Below are positions 46,666 to 55,297 of a stretch of DNA of 56,410 nt, piece by piece. The stretch's first letter is position 1; the number at the start of each line of letters is the position of its first letter. This stretch comes from Eubacteriales bacterium. Lineage in GTDB: Bacteria; Bacillota; Clostridia; Oscillospirales; CAG-272. The stretch spans positions 1-56,410 of the forward strand of contig JAZOVD010000035.1 of NCBI GenBank assembly GCA_045658525.1, read 5' to 3'. The translations under genes and the position numbers were made by a program. The notes under the pieces are model-generated. The model was not told where the DNA came from. It ran no database searches and saw only the letters and a list, made by a program, of their open reading frames with translations.

Positions 46666-48761
46666 AACGTATTACCGTCCTTTATTTTCTTATAACTTTC
46701 TATGATATACCGACAGTTCACTATCTTTTCCGCTATCTGACCTCTGGAAAAGTAGTAGTGATTTGCCGCCTCGTAACCGATAGCAGCGTTTTGGTTCATA
46801 AGACCAAGCATCTTTATAGCCGTATTCAGCTCTTCCTTTGCCGCCGTCAACGCATCCGCGTAACGTCCGTCGTTTCTGGCGCGGATAAACCTTATCTGGT
46901 CAAGCGATGACTTAAACAGGCAGTACGCCGCGTGCGCCATAACAGACGTCTCGCTCTTGTCGTTTGCGGGAAGCATATCAAGACCCTTGCGCCAACCCGT
47001 ACAAAGCTTTTCAAATTGGTTTTCAAACACATCAACAGGATATATGGAACGCCACTCTTCAAGATCATCATAGGCAAAGCATGTCATCGTCGCCTTGTAA
47101 CCCGTTGGCTTTTCAAAAAGAAGTGTTGACGGTCCTGGGTTTTGCGGACCCATATACAGCGTTTGGATATGGAACGGAAATTCCTTGAAAGCCTTGGCAA
47201 ACTGTTTTTCCGCCTCGTAATACGGGCTGTTTTCTATCGAATAATCGCACTTTTCATAAAAATATTTCGCAGCCGCGGCAAGATTTCGGCAAGGGTAACC
47301 GCCAAGCGTCCAGCTGAGCAGTATATGCTCAACTCCCTCGTTCTGTAATCCCCTCATATGCTCGTCTATCGAGTAAGAAACGGGAAGCGCGGGGACGGTT
47401 GACGACTCCCAAGTGGTATTCACCTGAACCTTCGCGCCTGTTTCCAGACCGCATTCCCTTGCGATGCGCCACTCGTTACGCGCTCGCTCGCCTGGACCGA
47501 CGATGCTCATAGAATAATCGTGAACTCTGCCTTTAACTCCGCTTATATCAAACGGTATTCCAAGCTCGCTCTGCGATAAAAGTATAACCTCTTTGGGTAA
47601 AGCGCGGATTATCTCCTCGTTTTTATCATCCCACGCCCAGCTCCACGCGAACACCTTTATCTTATCGCTTACTCTGCGCGCACCCTCTAAAACACAGCCA
47701 ACAGTTTCGGCTATGACCTCACCCATACTCCGCGATTTGCATCTCGGACATGTACATTCTATGCCTTTGTCCCCCGAATGGGAATAGCAGTTAGTGAGGT
47801 TTTCCGAACGGGTTATTGTGAAAAATCCACCGAGAAGCGGAACGGCTTTGCATATCGCCTCTATTGAGTTTTTCAAATAATCCCTGACTACCTCTGTCGA
47901 AGTACAAAGCGAAGCTCCGTCTCCTCTTATATGCCCACGTATATCGGGATATTTCTCAAAAAATTTCAGCGGCATATATCTCGGCTCGTTTATGTACAAA
48001 TAAAGCTTTATGCCGTATTTATCGAGCCTTTCCGTAAGCTCTTTCATTCTTTCAAGACGCTTCTCATAACCGTTTGACACGGACGGCTCAAACGGAAATT
48101 CGGAAAGCTGAGAAATAACCCCCTGCGTCCAGATGCCGTTAACACCGAGGTCGCGATACGCTTCGAGCTGCTCGTCGGGCAAAAACTCTCTGCTATCGAC
48201 GTCAAACGCGTGCTGATAAAGCCCCGAAAATGCGTATATCATGCGTGTCTTGAATTTTTCTTTACCGCTGTGAGTTATCTTCGGGACGTTATATTTAAAG
48301 TCAAACGGAGCTTTGCCGAAGAAATCTATTTCTTGCATTATTTTCTTTATTTCGGCGGTACGGGTGCGTTCATCTTCGGTAAGCTCTCGCCACTTCACTT
48401 CCTCGCAATTCGGTTTATCCTGCAATTTGTGATCGAGAAAGTCTTCTTCTCTCAGTATAGTAGCAAAAGTAAGCTCGTCCATACCGAGCAGCTCGAGCAG
48501 CTGCGAATACGGAAGCACGTGCCACATCCTGCGAATGATAGTTATATAACCTCTTTGAAGCCAAAGCTCGCCGGGATCGTAATCGGGAAGTCCCATCTCC
48601 TCTGCCGCGCGGCGCACGTTTTGTGGCGTCGTTTTAAGTACGCGAGCTATCAGTTCCTTCGGAACGTACTCACTCGCTCTGAATATAAAAGCCTGATGCT
48701 TTGTCGGGAAATGCGAAAGCGCGACAGCGTCCGCGCCTATCTTAGGCAACTCGTATATCAT
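46662..48761 (-). CDS. hypothetical protein, possible TIM-barrel glycoside hydrolase-like domain
   Basis: 699-aa ORF with RBS and promoter (TTGACA-17-TATACT at 48788-48816); LGVNGIW...YGIKLYLYINEP...LCTS pattern; family not identified. Confidence 0.65.
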   Translation of the reverse strand: MIYELPKIGADAVALSHFPTKHQAFIFRASEYVPKELIARVLKTTPQNVRRAAEEMGLPDYDPGELWLQRGYITIIRRMWHVLPYSQLLELLGMDELTFATILREEDFLDHKLQDKPNCEEVKWRELTEDERTRTAEIKKIMQEIDFFGKAPFDFKYNVPKITHSGKEKFKTRMIYAFSGLYQHAFDVDSREFLPDEQLEAYRDLGVNGIWTQGVISQLSEFPFEPSVSNGYEKRLERMKELTERLDKYGIKLYLYINEPRYMPLKFFEKYPDIRGHIRGDGASLCTSTEVVRDYLKNSIEAICKAVPLLGGFFTITRSENLTNCYSHSGDKGIECTCPRCKSRSMGEVIAETVGCVLEGARRVSDKIKVFAWSWAWDDKNEEIIRALPKEVILLSQSELGIPFDISGVKGRVHDYSMSIVGPGERARNEWRIARECGLETGAKVQVNTTWESSTVPALPVSYSIDEHMRGLQNEGVEHILLSWTLGGYPCRNLAAAAKYFYEKCDYSIENSPYYEAEKQFAKAFKEFPFHIQTLYMGPQNPGPSTLLFEKPTGYKATMTCFAYDDLEEWRSIYPVDVFENQFEKLCTGWRKGLDMLPANDKSETSVMAHAAYCLFKSSLDQIRFIRARNDGRYADALTAAKEELNTAIKMLGLMNQNAAIGYEAANHYYFSRGQIAEKIVNCRYIIESYKKIKDGNTL

Positions 48762-49067
48762 AACACATATCTCCCCTTTCCGAGTTCAGTATAGCACAAA
48801 GAGATTGGTATGTCAATGAGGTTTTTCGTTTTTTGAAAAGCGTTTTTTCAAATCGTAATCCGTTTTTATCTTCATTTTTTGTTCTTTCTTTGAACGCAAA
48901 GAAAGAACAAGAAACGAAGCAAAGAAAAAGAAAGAAACTCACAGTCGGACTTTGGTTTCCACCTTGAACAGTTTTTCACGCCGAGGATTTCACATAGAGA
49001 TATGGAAAAACAAAGAGCTGAGTCAAAGCTCAGCCCCCTTGCGTTTATTCGGTGTAATATATATTGG

Positions 49068-49496
49068 TTACTTGTTCTTATTTAAAGCATCGTCGTATAT
49101 ATCCTCGCCGCCTAAAAACACCATATTTTTTGAACGTTCAAGGATAACATCGTCAAGCTCATAATCATCTGCGTATTTTTCCAATTTTTCCTCTACTTCC
49201 TCAGCCTTATCCACCGTATCACAGTATATGAAGAAGCCTATCTTCTCATAATCAGACTCATTTTCATCTACACCGTCAGGATACGCAATAGAAACGCAAT
49301 AAATGTTTTTGACACTTATTCTAAATTCTTTTACCATATCTTTTATAAGCTCGTCATCAACGAACATAAATACACCGTAATCCTGTTCATCCAATCTTCT
49401 TGCCATCTCTATCGGATCGTTATTTTTTGAAAAACAACCGGTAAAGGCACAAGCAAGCAACGTAATAACAGCTATCATACATATAATTCTTTTCAT
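49068..49496 (-). CDS. putative lipoprotein
   Basis: MKR + hydrophobic stretch + FTGC lipobox; GAGGAGG RBS. Confidence 0.8.
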   Translation of the reverse strand: MKRIICMIAVITLLACAFTGCFSKNNDPIEMARRLDEQDYGVFMFVDDELIKDMVKEFRISVKNIYCVSIAYPDGVDENESDYEKIGFFIYCDTVDKAEEVEEKLEKYADDYELDDVILERSKNMVFLGGEDIYDDALNKNK

Positions 49497-49569
49497 ATTA
49501 AATCCTCCTCAAAAGTATATTCTGACCGTCAAATTAACGGCGCACCGAAACACCGTACCCGCGGCTTGA

Positions 49570-49620
49570 TGTTACATATTGTAACATAATTATTGTAACA
49601 CTTTGTTACAATAAAGTCAA
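49570..49620. promoter_or_regulatory. array of four TGT(T/A)ACA half-sites overlapping divergent promoter(s)
   Basis: TGTTACA-3-TGTAACA and TGTAACA-3-TGTTACA; minus-strand TTGACT-17-TACAAT. Confidence 0.6.
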
Positions 49621-49654
49621 GAGTTTTTTAAAAAAACGTAGGAGATTTTATTGT

Positions 49655-49876
49655 ATGAAGGAAAATATAGGACTTTTAGGTCTGAAAATGATACGCAAAC
49701 AAAAGAATCTAAATCAACTTAAAGTCGCACTTGATTTAAATATAAGCCGAGAAGCACTTTCGCACTATGAAAACGGAAAACGAAGCCCTGATATCCAGAT
49801 GCTTCGCAGCTTATCAAAATACTTTAATGTTTCTATTGATTTCTTAATCAACGGAGAGGAATTCAATAAAAAATAA
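49655..49876 (+). CDS. XRE-family helix-turn-helix transcriptional regulator
   Basis: LKMIRKQKNLNQLKVA...SHYENGKRSP...FNVSIDFL. Confidence 0.92.
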   Translation: MKENIGLLGLKMIRKQKNLNQLKVALDLNISREALSHYENGKRSPDIQMLRSLSKYFNVSIDFLINGEEFNKK

Positions 49877-49899
49877 GAGCATTTTTATGCTCTCATTTT

Positions 49900-50556
49900 T
49901 TATATAAGTTTAAGAAGTGTCGCGCCTGAATCTACGTATTCGGTGGCGATCTTTTTGATTTCATCCTGACCGAAATTAAAACGGTCATATATACCGACTG
50001 TCGGCATTCCGATACCTGTCGCGGTCTGGATAGCAACAAGCGAATCCTCAAAGACCCAAGTGTTTGCCGTCGCTTCTCCCAAAAAATCAGCAGCCATCAA
50101 GAATACGTCCGGTTCATCCTTGCCTTTCCCTATACTTCCGCAAGAAAATATCTTTGAAAAATAATGCTCTATACCGCAATGCCTCAACGCCAAAACGATA
50201 AGCTCCGGAGCAGTAGCGGAGGCAATACACATCTTAACTCCACTTTTTTGGCAATACTCCAAAAATTCCGAAACTCCGTCTTTAAGTTCAACTTCGTTTT
50301 TGTAAAAATCAGCAATTATACTATTTGCCTGTACCAACAACTCATTTCCGCTCTCGCCCAAGCCATAGTTATTATGTATCAGCTCCATAGCGTCTTTTAA
50401 GATGAGCGTGCGAACTTTTTTGTCGTCTTCATCGCTCGGAACGAAGCCTTTATCGCCCAAAAACCGTTCTCCCAGCTTTGACCACACTATGTTCCAGATT
50501 TTTAACGAATCAACAAGCGTGCCGTCCATATCAAAAATAGCCGCTTTTATTTTCAT
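49900..50556 (-). CDS. HAD-family phosphatase
   Basis: FDMDGTLVDS, IASAT, GKDEPDVF, FEDS. Confidence 0.9.
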   Translation of the reverse strand: MKIKAAIFDMDGTLVDSLKIWNIVWSKLGERFLGDKGFVPSDEDDKKVRTLILKDAMELIHNNYGLGESGNELLVQANSIIADFYKNEVELKDGVSEFLEYCQKSGVKMCIASATAPELIVLALRHCGIEHYFSKIFSCGSIGKGKDEPDVFLMAADFLGEATANTWVFEDSLVAIQTATGIGMPTVGIYDRFNFGQDEIKKIATEYVDSGATLLKLI

Positions 50557-50578
50557 AAAGACACCGCCTTCCCGCAAA

Positions 50579-50866
50579 TCAACCGCTCCAAGTAGAGGAG
50601 GAATACTCTATCCCTTCCTTTTTACAAAACTCCCAAAAATCAGAATCACTGAAATTTTTCCCAAACGCCGCCTCGATCATTTTTTCAAGTGAACCTTTGT
50701 ATTCCTTTTTCAACGCGGCGACAAACTTCTTTGAGTTTTCCTTGTTCAAGTAATACGTTTTTTCAAAATCCCCGCCGCCGAACTGCGATACGCCGTAATC
50801 CTCGTATCCAATACTTATCTCACCGTTTTTTCTCGTGACCCAAAAACCACTTGTTCCTTCGCGCAT
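50579..50866 (-). CDS. hypothetical protein
   Basis: 95-aa ORF with AGGAG RBS, co-oriented between two HAD genes. Confidence 0.65.
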   Translation of the reverse strand: MREGTSGFWVTRKNGEISIGYEDYGVSQFGGGDFEKTYYLNKENSKKFVAALKKEYKGSLEKMIEAAFGKNFSDSDFWEFCKKEGIEYSSSTWSG

Positions 50867-50933
50867 AACATTCTCCTATCTACTTTAAACACTGCTCCCA
50901 TTCCAAGGCAAGAGGTGAATTGACTGTTTCATT

Positions 50934-51578
50934 TTACAGATCGAGCAACTCACAAAAATCATAAATATAGTGATCAGACACCTGTTTTATCTCCTCGGTA
51001 TATTCTTCCGAGGACATATCATAAACACCGCAAACCTTCATATTGGTGCTCGCCGCGGTTTTATCCGCATTGTAATTATCGTCAAGAAACAGAATCTCAT
51101 CAATTGGCTTTCCGATCCTTTCGGCAGCCATTTTATATATTTCCGGATCTGCTTTGGTTGTGCCAAAATCCTCGCAGGACCAGATGTCGGTGAAAAGATC
51201 AAACAGTTCCAATCTCTTCAAGCATACGTCAAGGACTGAATGAGGGCTTGCCGTCAAAACATAAAGCTCTGCCCCTCTGCGCTTTAATTCTTTCAGCGTT
51301 GCGATTACATTTTTCTTCGCCGGAACACTATACGCATATCCGTCATACGCATACTTGTGCATTGTCGCAAGAATCTCCTCTTCGGTCTGTTGCATCTTGA
51401 AATGTTCCGAAAAATACTTTGCGGTTCCAACGTAGCCAAGAGGCGTAATAACTTTTATAATATCAGTCTTATATTTTACATTGTTTTCGTCCAATATCCT
51501 TAACATAAGCGAAGCAAAAAGAGGCATGGAATCGACCAAAGTGCCGTCAAAATCAAATAAATATGTCTTATACTTCAT
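50934..51578 (-). CDS. HAD-family hydrolase
   Basis: FDFDGTLVDS, LTAS, KADPEIY, FLDD. Confidence 0.9.
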   Translation of the reverse strand: MKYKTYLFDFDGTLVDSMPLFASLMLRILDENNVKYKTDIIKVITPLGYVGTAKYFSEHFKMQQTEEEILATMHKYAYDGYAYSVPAKKNVIATLKELKRRGAELYVLTASPHSVLDVCLKRLELFDLFTDIWSCEDFGTTKADPEIYKMAAERIGKPIDEILFLDDNYNADKTAASTNMKVCGVYDMSSEEYTEEIKQVSDHYIYDFCELLDL

Positions 51579-51717
51579 ATTTTCTCCCGATCTGAATACT
51601 TATATTTTTTACATGCAAGCTTGGAGGATCATTTTCCTTTACACTTTTTTATTATATCACACTTTACGATATTTTTCAATGTGTTCCATATAAAAAACTT
51701 CCTTTCGTGTCCTAATG

Positions 51718-51915
51718 ACGCCAAAGGCGTGTATATCATCAAAGCGGAACGCTTTGCATATCATCAAGCCGCAGACAAGATACACGCTGACGCGTGTTGA
51801 GATACAAAGGCGGCGCGCCGCCTTTGTGATATACGTCGCACTTCGTGCGTCGATGATATGCCAAGCCTGCGGCTTGGATAAAAAAATTCCGAAAGCAAAT
51901 GCTTTCGCAATTTTT
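51718..51915. repeat. multi-hairpin structured element abutting the 3' end of tRNA-Cys
   Basis: At least seven hairpins, a perfect 24-bp palindrome at 51804-51827, long-range GCATATCATC/GATGATATGC pairing. Confidence 0.6.
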
Positions 51916-51990
<75 letters not shown>

Positions 51991-52087
51991 GTATCGACGT
52001 AACGATTACTCATTACCTTAATAGTATAGCAAAGAGTAATCGTTTTGTCAATAGTTTTTTTAGTTTTTCTAAAATATTTTTTCTGAT

Positions 52088-52906
52088 TTACTTCAAAAGC
52101 CCATTATACCTGAGCCAATTTACGAAACGCGGAAGCCAATCACGGTTATGAAGCGAGGACGGCTTATCATCTGTCGCTAAACCGACTCCGTGTCCGCCGT
52201 CAGGATAAACGTGCATCTCGACCGAAGCTCCAAGCTCGCGAATACGGCAAGCGTACAAAAGTGAGTTTTCTACTCCGACAGCCTTGTCGTCAAAATTGTG
52301 GAAAAGGAACGTCGGCGGGACATTTCCCGTTTGGCTCTGCTCAAAGCTCATCGCAGGCGCAAGATACGCGTATTTTTCGCCAAGAAGCGAATCGACCGAG
52401 CCTTTGTGCGTATAACCCTTGGACTTATCAAATGAGATAACGGGATAACAAAGCGCCTGATAGTTCGGAACGTAGTCCTCTGAATCTATCTCGTCAACGC
52501 CTTCCCCGTCAAGAGGCTCGTGATAACCAACGAGCGTAGCACAGAGATGTCCGCCCGCGGAATAACCGAGCGTTATTATTTTTGACGGGTCTATACTGAA
52601 CTTTTCCGCGCGATGTCTAAGAAGTCTCATAGCGCGTCTGCCGTCAAGCAGAACGTACGGATAACAGCCCTCGGAGCTTACTCTGTAAATAAGCACGAAC
52701 ACAGGTATTCCGCGCTCACAGAGATACTCAGCTACTCTCTCGCCCTCTTGCTTAGGATTTGCGGGGCAAGCGGCGTAACCGCTTCCCGGAACGAGAAGAA
52801 CAGCTGCATCGGTGCAACGTTCTTTCGGCTCATAGTACATTATGTACGGGTCATAGCTTCCTCCCGCAGGAAGGTTACTCTCCCATAATTCGTAACGTGT
52901 CGGCAT
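52088..52906 (-). CDS. alpha/beta hydrolase (esterase, BD-FAE/xylan esterase-like)
   Basis: PGSGY, GYSAGGH nucleophile elbow, DDKAV, GGHG. Confidence 0.88.
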   Translation of the reverse strand: MPTRYELWESNLPAGGSYDPYIMYYEPKERCTDAAVLLVPGSGYAACPANPKQEGERVAEYLCERGIPVFVLIYRVSSEGCYPYVLLDGRRAMRLLRHRAEKFSIDPSKIITLGYSAGGHLCATLVGYHEPLDGEGVDEIDSEDYVPNYQALCYPVISFDKSKGYTHKGSVDSLLGEKYAYLAPAMSFEQSQTGNVPPTFLFHNFDDKAVGVENSLLYACRIRELGASVEMHVYPDGGHGVGLATDDKPSSLHNRDWLPRFVNWLRYNGLLK

Positions 52907-52967
52907 AATTATTCCCTCCCGAGTTTATTTAGCAAAAAAAGCACTCGCTATTGCAAGTGCTTTTATT

Positions 52968-53043
52968 TGGAGCGGATTACGGGGCTCGAACCCGCCACCT
53001 CGACCTTGGCAAGGTCGCGCTCTACCAAATGAGCTAAATCCGC
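52968..53043 (-). tRNA. tRNA-Gly (GCC)
   Basis: GCGGATTTAGCTCA...TTGCCAA...GGTTCGAG...TCCGCTCCA. Confidence 0.96.
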
Positions 53044-53046
53044 GTA

Positions 53047-53122
53047 TGGTGCCTCCGATCGGAATCGAACCAATGACACGGGGATTTTCAGTCCCCTGCT
53101 CTACCAACTGAGCTACAGAGGC
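53047..53122 (-). tRNA. tRNA-Phe (GAA)
   Basis: GCCTCTGTAGCTCAG...CTGAAAA...GGTTCGATT...GAGGCACCA. Confidence 0.96.
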
Positions 53123-53138
53123 TCGCAGTATAAAAAAG

Positions 53139-53215
53139 TGGCGACCCGAAGGGGACTCGAACCCCTGACCTCTAGCGTGACAGGCTAGCGTTCTAACCAA
53201 CTGAACTACCGGGCC
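53139..53215 (-). tRNA. tRNA-Asp (GTC)
   Basis: GGCCCGGTAGTTCAG...CTGTCAC...GGTTCGAG...GGTCGCCA. Confidence 0.96.
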
Positions 53216-53218
53216 GTA

Positions 53219-53294
53219 TGGTGGGAACAACAGGGCTCGAACCTGTGACCCCATGCTTGTAAGGCATGTGCTCTCCCAGCTGAGCTATGCTCCC
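53219..53294 (-). tRNA. tRNA-Val (TAC)
   Basis: GGGAGCATAGCTCAG...TTTACAA-type loop CTTACAA...GGTTCGAG...TTCCCACCA. Confidence 0.96.
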
Positions 53295-53325
53295 ATACTG
53301 GTCGCATCGTTCTGCGACGTTGACT

Positions 53326-53354
53326 ATTATATCACAAACTTTTTCACTTGTCAA
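53326..53354 (-). promoter_or_regulatory. sigma-A promoter of the Val-Asp-Phe-Gly tRNA operon
   Basis: TTGACA-17-TATAAT with TG. Confidence 0.85.
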
Positions 53355-53410
53355 TACCTTTTTAAAATTTTCTTGAAAAAAATTTATATTCATATTTTTG
53401 ACCTTTCCGC

Positions 53411-53439
53411 TTGACAAAACGAGCGCGTTATACTATAAT
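53411..53439 (+). promoter_or_regulatory. sigma-A promoter of proS
   Basis: TTGACA-17-TATAAT. Confidence 0.8.
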
Positions 53440-53481
53440 AATTTAATGGTAACAAAACATCGAAAAGGAACGGTTTTAAAA

Positions 53482-54921
53482 ATGGCACAGGATAAGAAAA
53501 TGGTTACGCAGATAACCTCTATGGACGAAAATTTCGCTCAGTGGTACACAGACATCTGCAAAAAAGCCGATTTGATAGATTATAGCTCCGTCAAGGGTTG
53601 TATGATAATACGTCCCTACGGCTATGCCATCTGGGAAAATATACAGAAGATTCTTGACACACGCTTCAAGGAGCTCGGTCACGAGAACGTTTATATGCCT
53701 ATGTTCATTCCCGAGTCGCTTCTCCAAAAGGAGAAGGACCACGTCGAGGGATTCGCTCCCGAGGTCGCTTGGGTAACTCACGGCGGAAGCGAGCGTCTCA
53801 CCGAAAGACTTTGCGTCCGTCCTACCTCCGAAACGCTTTTCTGCGAGCATTTCGCTAACATAATCCGCTCTTACAGAGACCTGCCCAAGCTCTATAACCA
53901 GTGGTGCAGTGTCGTTCGTTGGGAAAAGACCACCCGTCCTTTCCTTCGTTCGCGTGAGTTCCTCTGGCAGGAGGGTCACACTATGCACGCTACCGCCGAG
54001 GAGGCCGAGGCAGAGACTATCCAGCAGCTTAACGTTTACGCGGATTTCTTCGAAAAGGACCTCGGTATCCCCGTTATAAAAGGAAGAAAGACCGAGAGCG
54101 ATAAGTTTGCGGGCGCGGAGGCTACCTACGCGATAGAGGCTCTTATGCACGACGGAAAGGCTCTCCAAGCGGGAACGTCTCACTACTTCGGAGACGGCTT
54201 CGCAAGAGCGTTCGATATAACCTACACCGATAAGGAAAATAAGATAGCGTATCCCCATCAGACCTCTTGGGGAGTTACTACGCGTATAATCGGAGCTATA
54301 ATAATGTCTCACGGAGACGATAACGGTCTCGTTCTCCCCCCTGCGGTCGCTCCCATTCAGCTCGTCATACTGCCCGTCGCCCAGCATAAGCCCGGCGTTC
54401 TTGAAAAGGCAAACGAGCTTAAAGAAAGACTTTCCAAGGTATGCAGAGTAAAGCTCGACGACAGCGATAACTCCGCAGGTTGGAAGTTCGCCGAGTATGA
54501 GATGAAGGGTGTTCCGGTACGTCTTGAAATAGGCCCTCGTGACATAGAAAACGGCGAATGCGTGCTCGTTGCGCGCCATAACCGTGAAAAGACAGTCGTT
54601 TCGCTCGACAAGCTCGAGGAAGCGGTGCTCGCAAAGCTCGCAGAGGTACGCGACGGCATTTACGCCAAGGCTCTCGCAAACAGGGAAAACAAGACATATT
54701 CCTGCACGACTATGGACGAGATAAAGCAGTCTATTGCCGAAAAGGGCGACGGCTTCGTTCAGGCTATGTGGTGCGGCGACGAGGAATGCGAGGATAAGGT
54801 CAAGGCTGAAACAGGCGTTGGCTCTCGCTGTATCCCGTTTGTAAGCGATAACATCTCCGACAAGTGCGTATGCTGTGGCAAGCCCGCAAAGCATAACGTT
54901 CTTTGGGCGATAGCGTATTAA
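53482..54921 (+). CDS. proS: proline--tRNA ligase (eukaryote/archaea-like type)
   Basis: [33 protein letters not shown]-terminal Zn site and AIAY end. Confidence 0.96.
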   Translation: MAQDKKMVTQITSMDENFAQWYTDICKKADLIDYSSVKGCMIIRPYGYAIWENIQKILDTRFKELGHENVYMPMFIPESLLQKEKDHVEGFAPEVAWVTHGGSERLTERLCVRPTSETLFCEHFANIIRSYRDLPKLYNQWCSVVRWEKTTRPFLRSREFLWQEGHTMHATAEEAEAETIQQLNVYADFFEKDLGIPVIKGRKTESDKFAGAEATYAIEALMHDGKALQAGTSHYFGDGFARAFDITYTDKENKIAYPHQTSWGVTTRIIGAIIMSHGDDNGLVLPPAVAPIQLVILPVAQHKPGVLEKANELKERLSKVCRVKLDDSDNSAGWKFAEYEMKGVPVRLEIGPRDIENGECVLVARHNREKTVVSLDKLEEAVLAKLAEVRDGIYAKALANRENKTYSCTTMDEIKQSIAEKGDGFVQAMWCGDEECEDKVKAETGVGSRCIPFVSDNISDKCVCCGKPAKHNVLWAIAY

Positions 54922-54928
54922 ATTGCAG

Positions 54929-54965
54929 ATACAAGGGGTGGATACAAAATCCGCCCTTTGTGTAT
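54929..54965 (+). terminator. hairpin after proS
   Basis: CAAGGGGTGGAT-ACAAA-ATCCGCCCTTTG. Confidence 0.6.
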
Positions 54966-54979
54966 ATTGGATTTGTTTA

Positions 54980-55087
54980 TGTCATTCTGCCCCCACTTTG
55001 TCATTCTGAACGCAGTGAAGAATCCAAAATGATCGTCCTCGGTCAAACCGGTTAAAAAACTTATGCTTCGCTCTCCTCAAAATGACA
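54980..55087. repeat. REP-like element TGTCATTCTGA...AATGACA
   Basis: TGTCATTCTG twice, GAACGCAGTGAAGAATC, inverted partner CTTCGCTCTCCTCAAAATGACA. Confidence 0.55.
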
Positions 55088-55297
55088 GATATATTTTCAA
55101 AAATTGCCAATATATAAATTTTACACAAAAACAAGTCGTTTTTTTCTCCTATTTTTTAAGCGAAAAATGTGTAAAAAGTGTTGAATTATGTTTAAAGATT
55201 TGTTATAATATTTATATAAGTAAAAACGCACCGAAAACACCGAGTGCTTTATAAAAAAGTTGCATTGATTCGGAACAAGAAAAGGACGGGCAAAAAG

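Noticed and set aside
53440-53481. T-box leader before proS
   Set aside because: Promoter is only about 40 nt from the start codon; no T-box sequence
53476-54894. 472-aa minus-strand ORF
   Set aside because: Antisense shadow of proS
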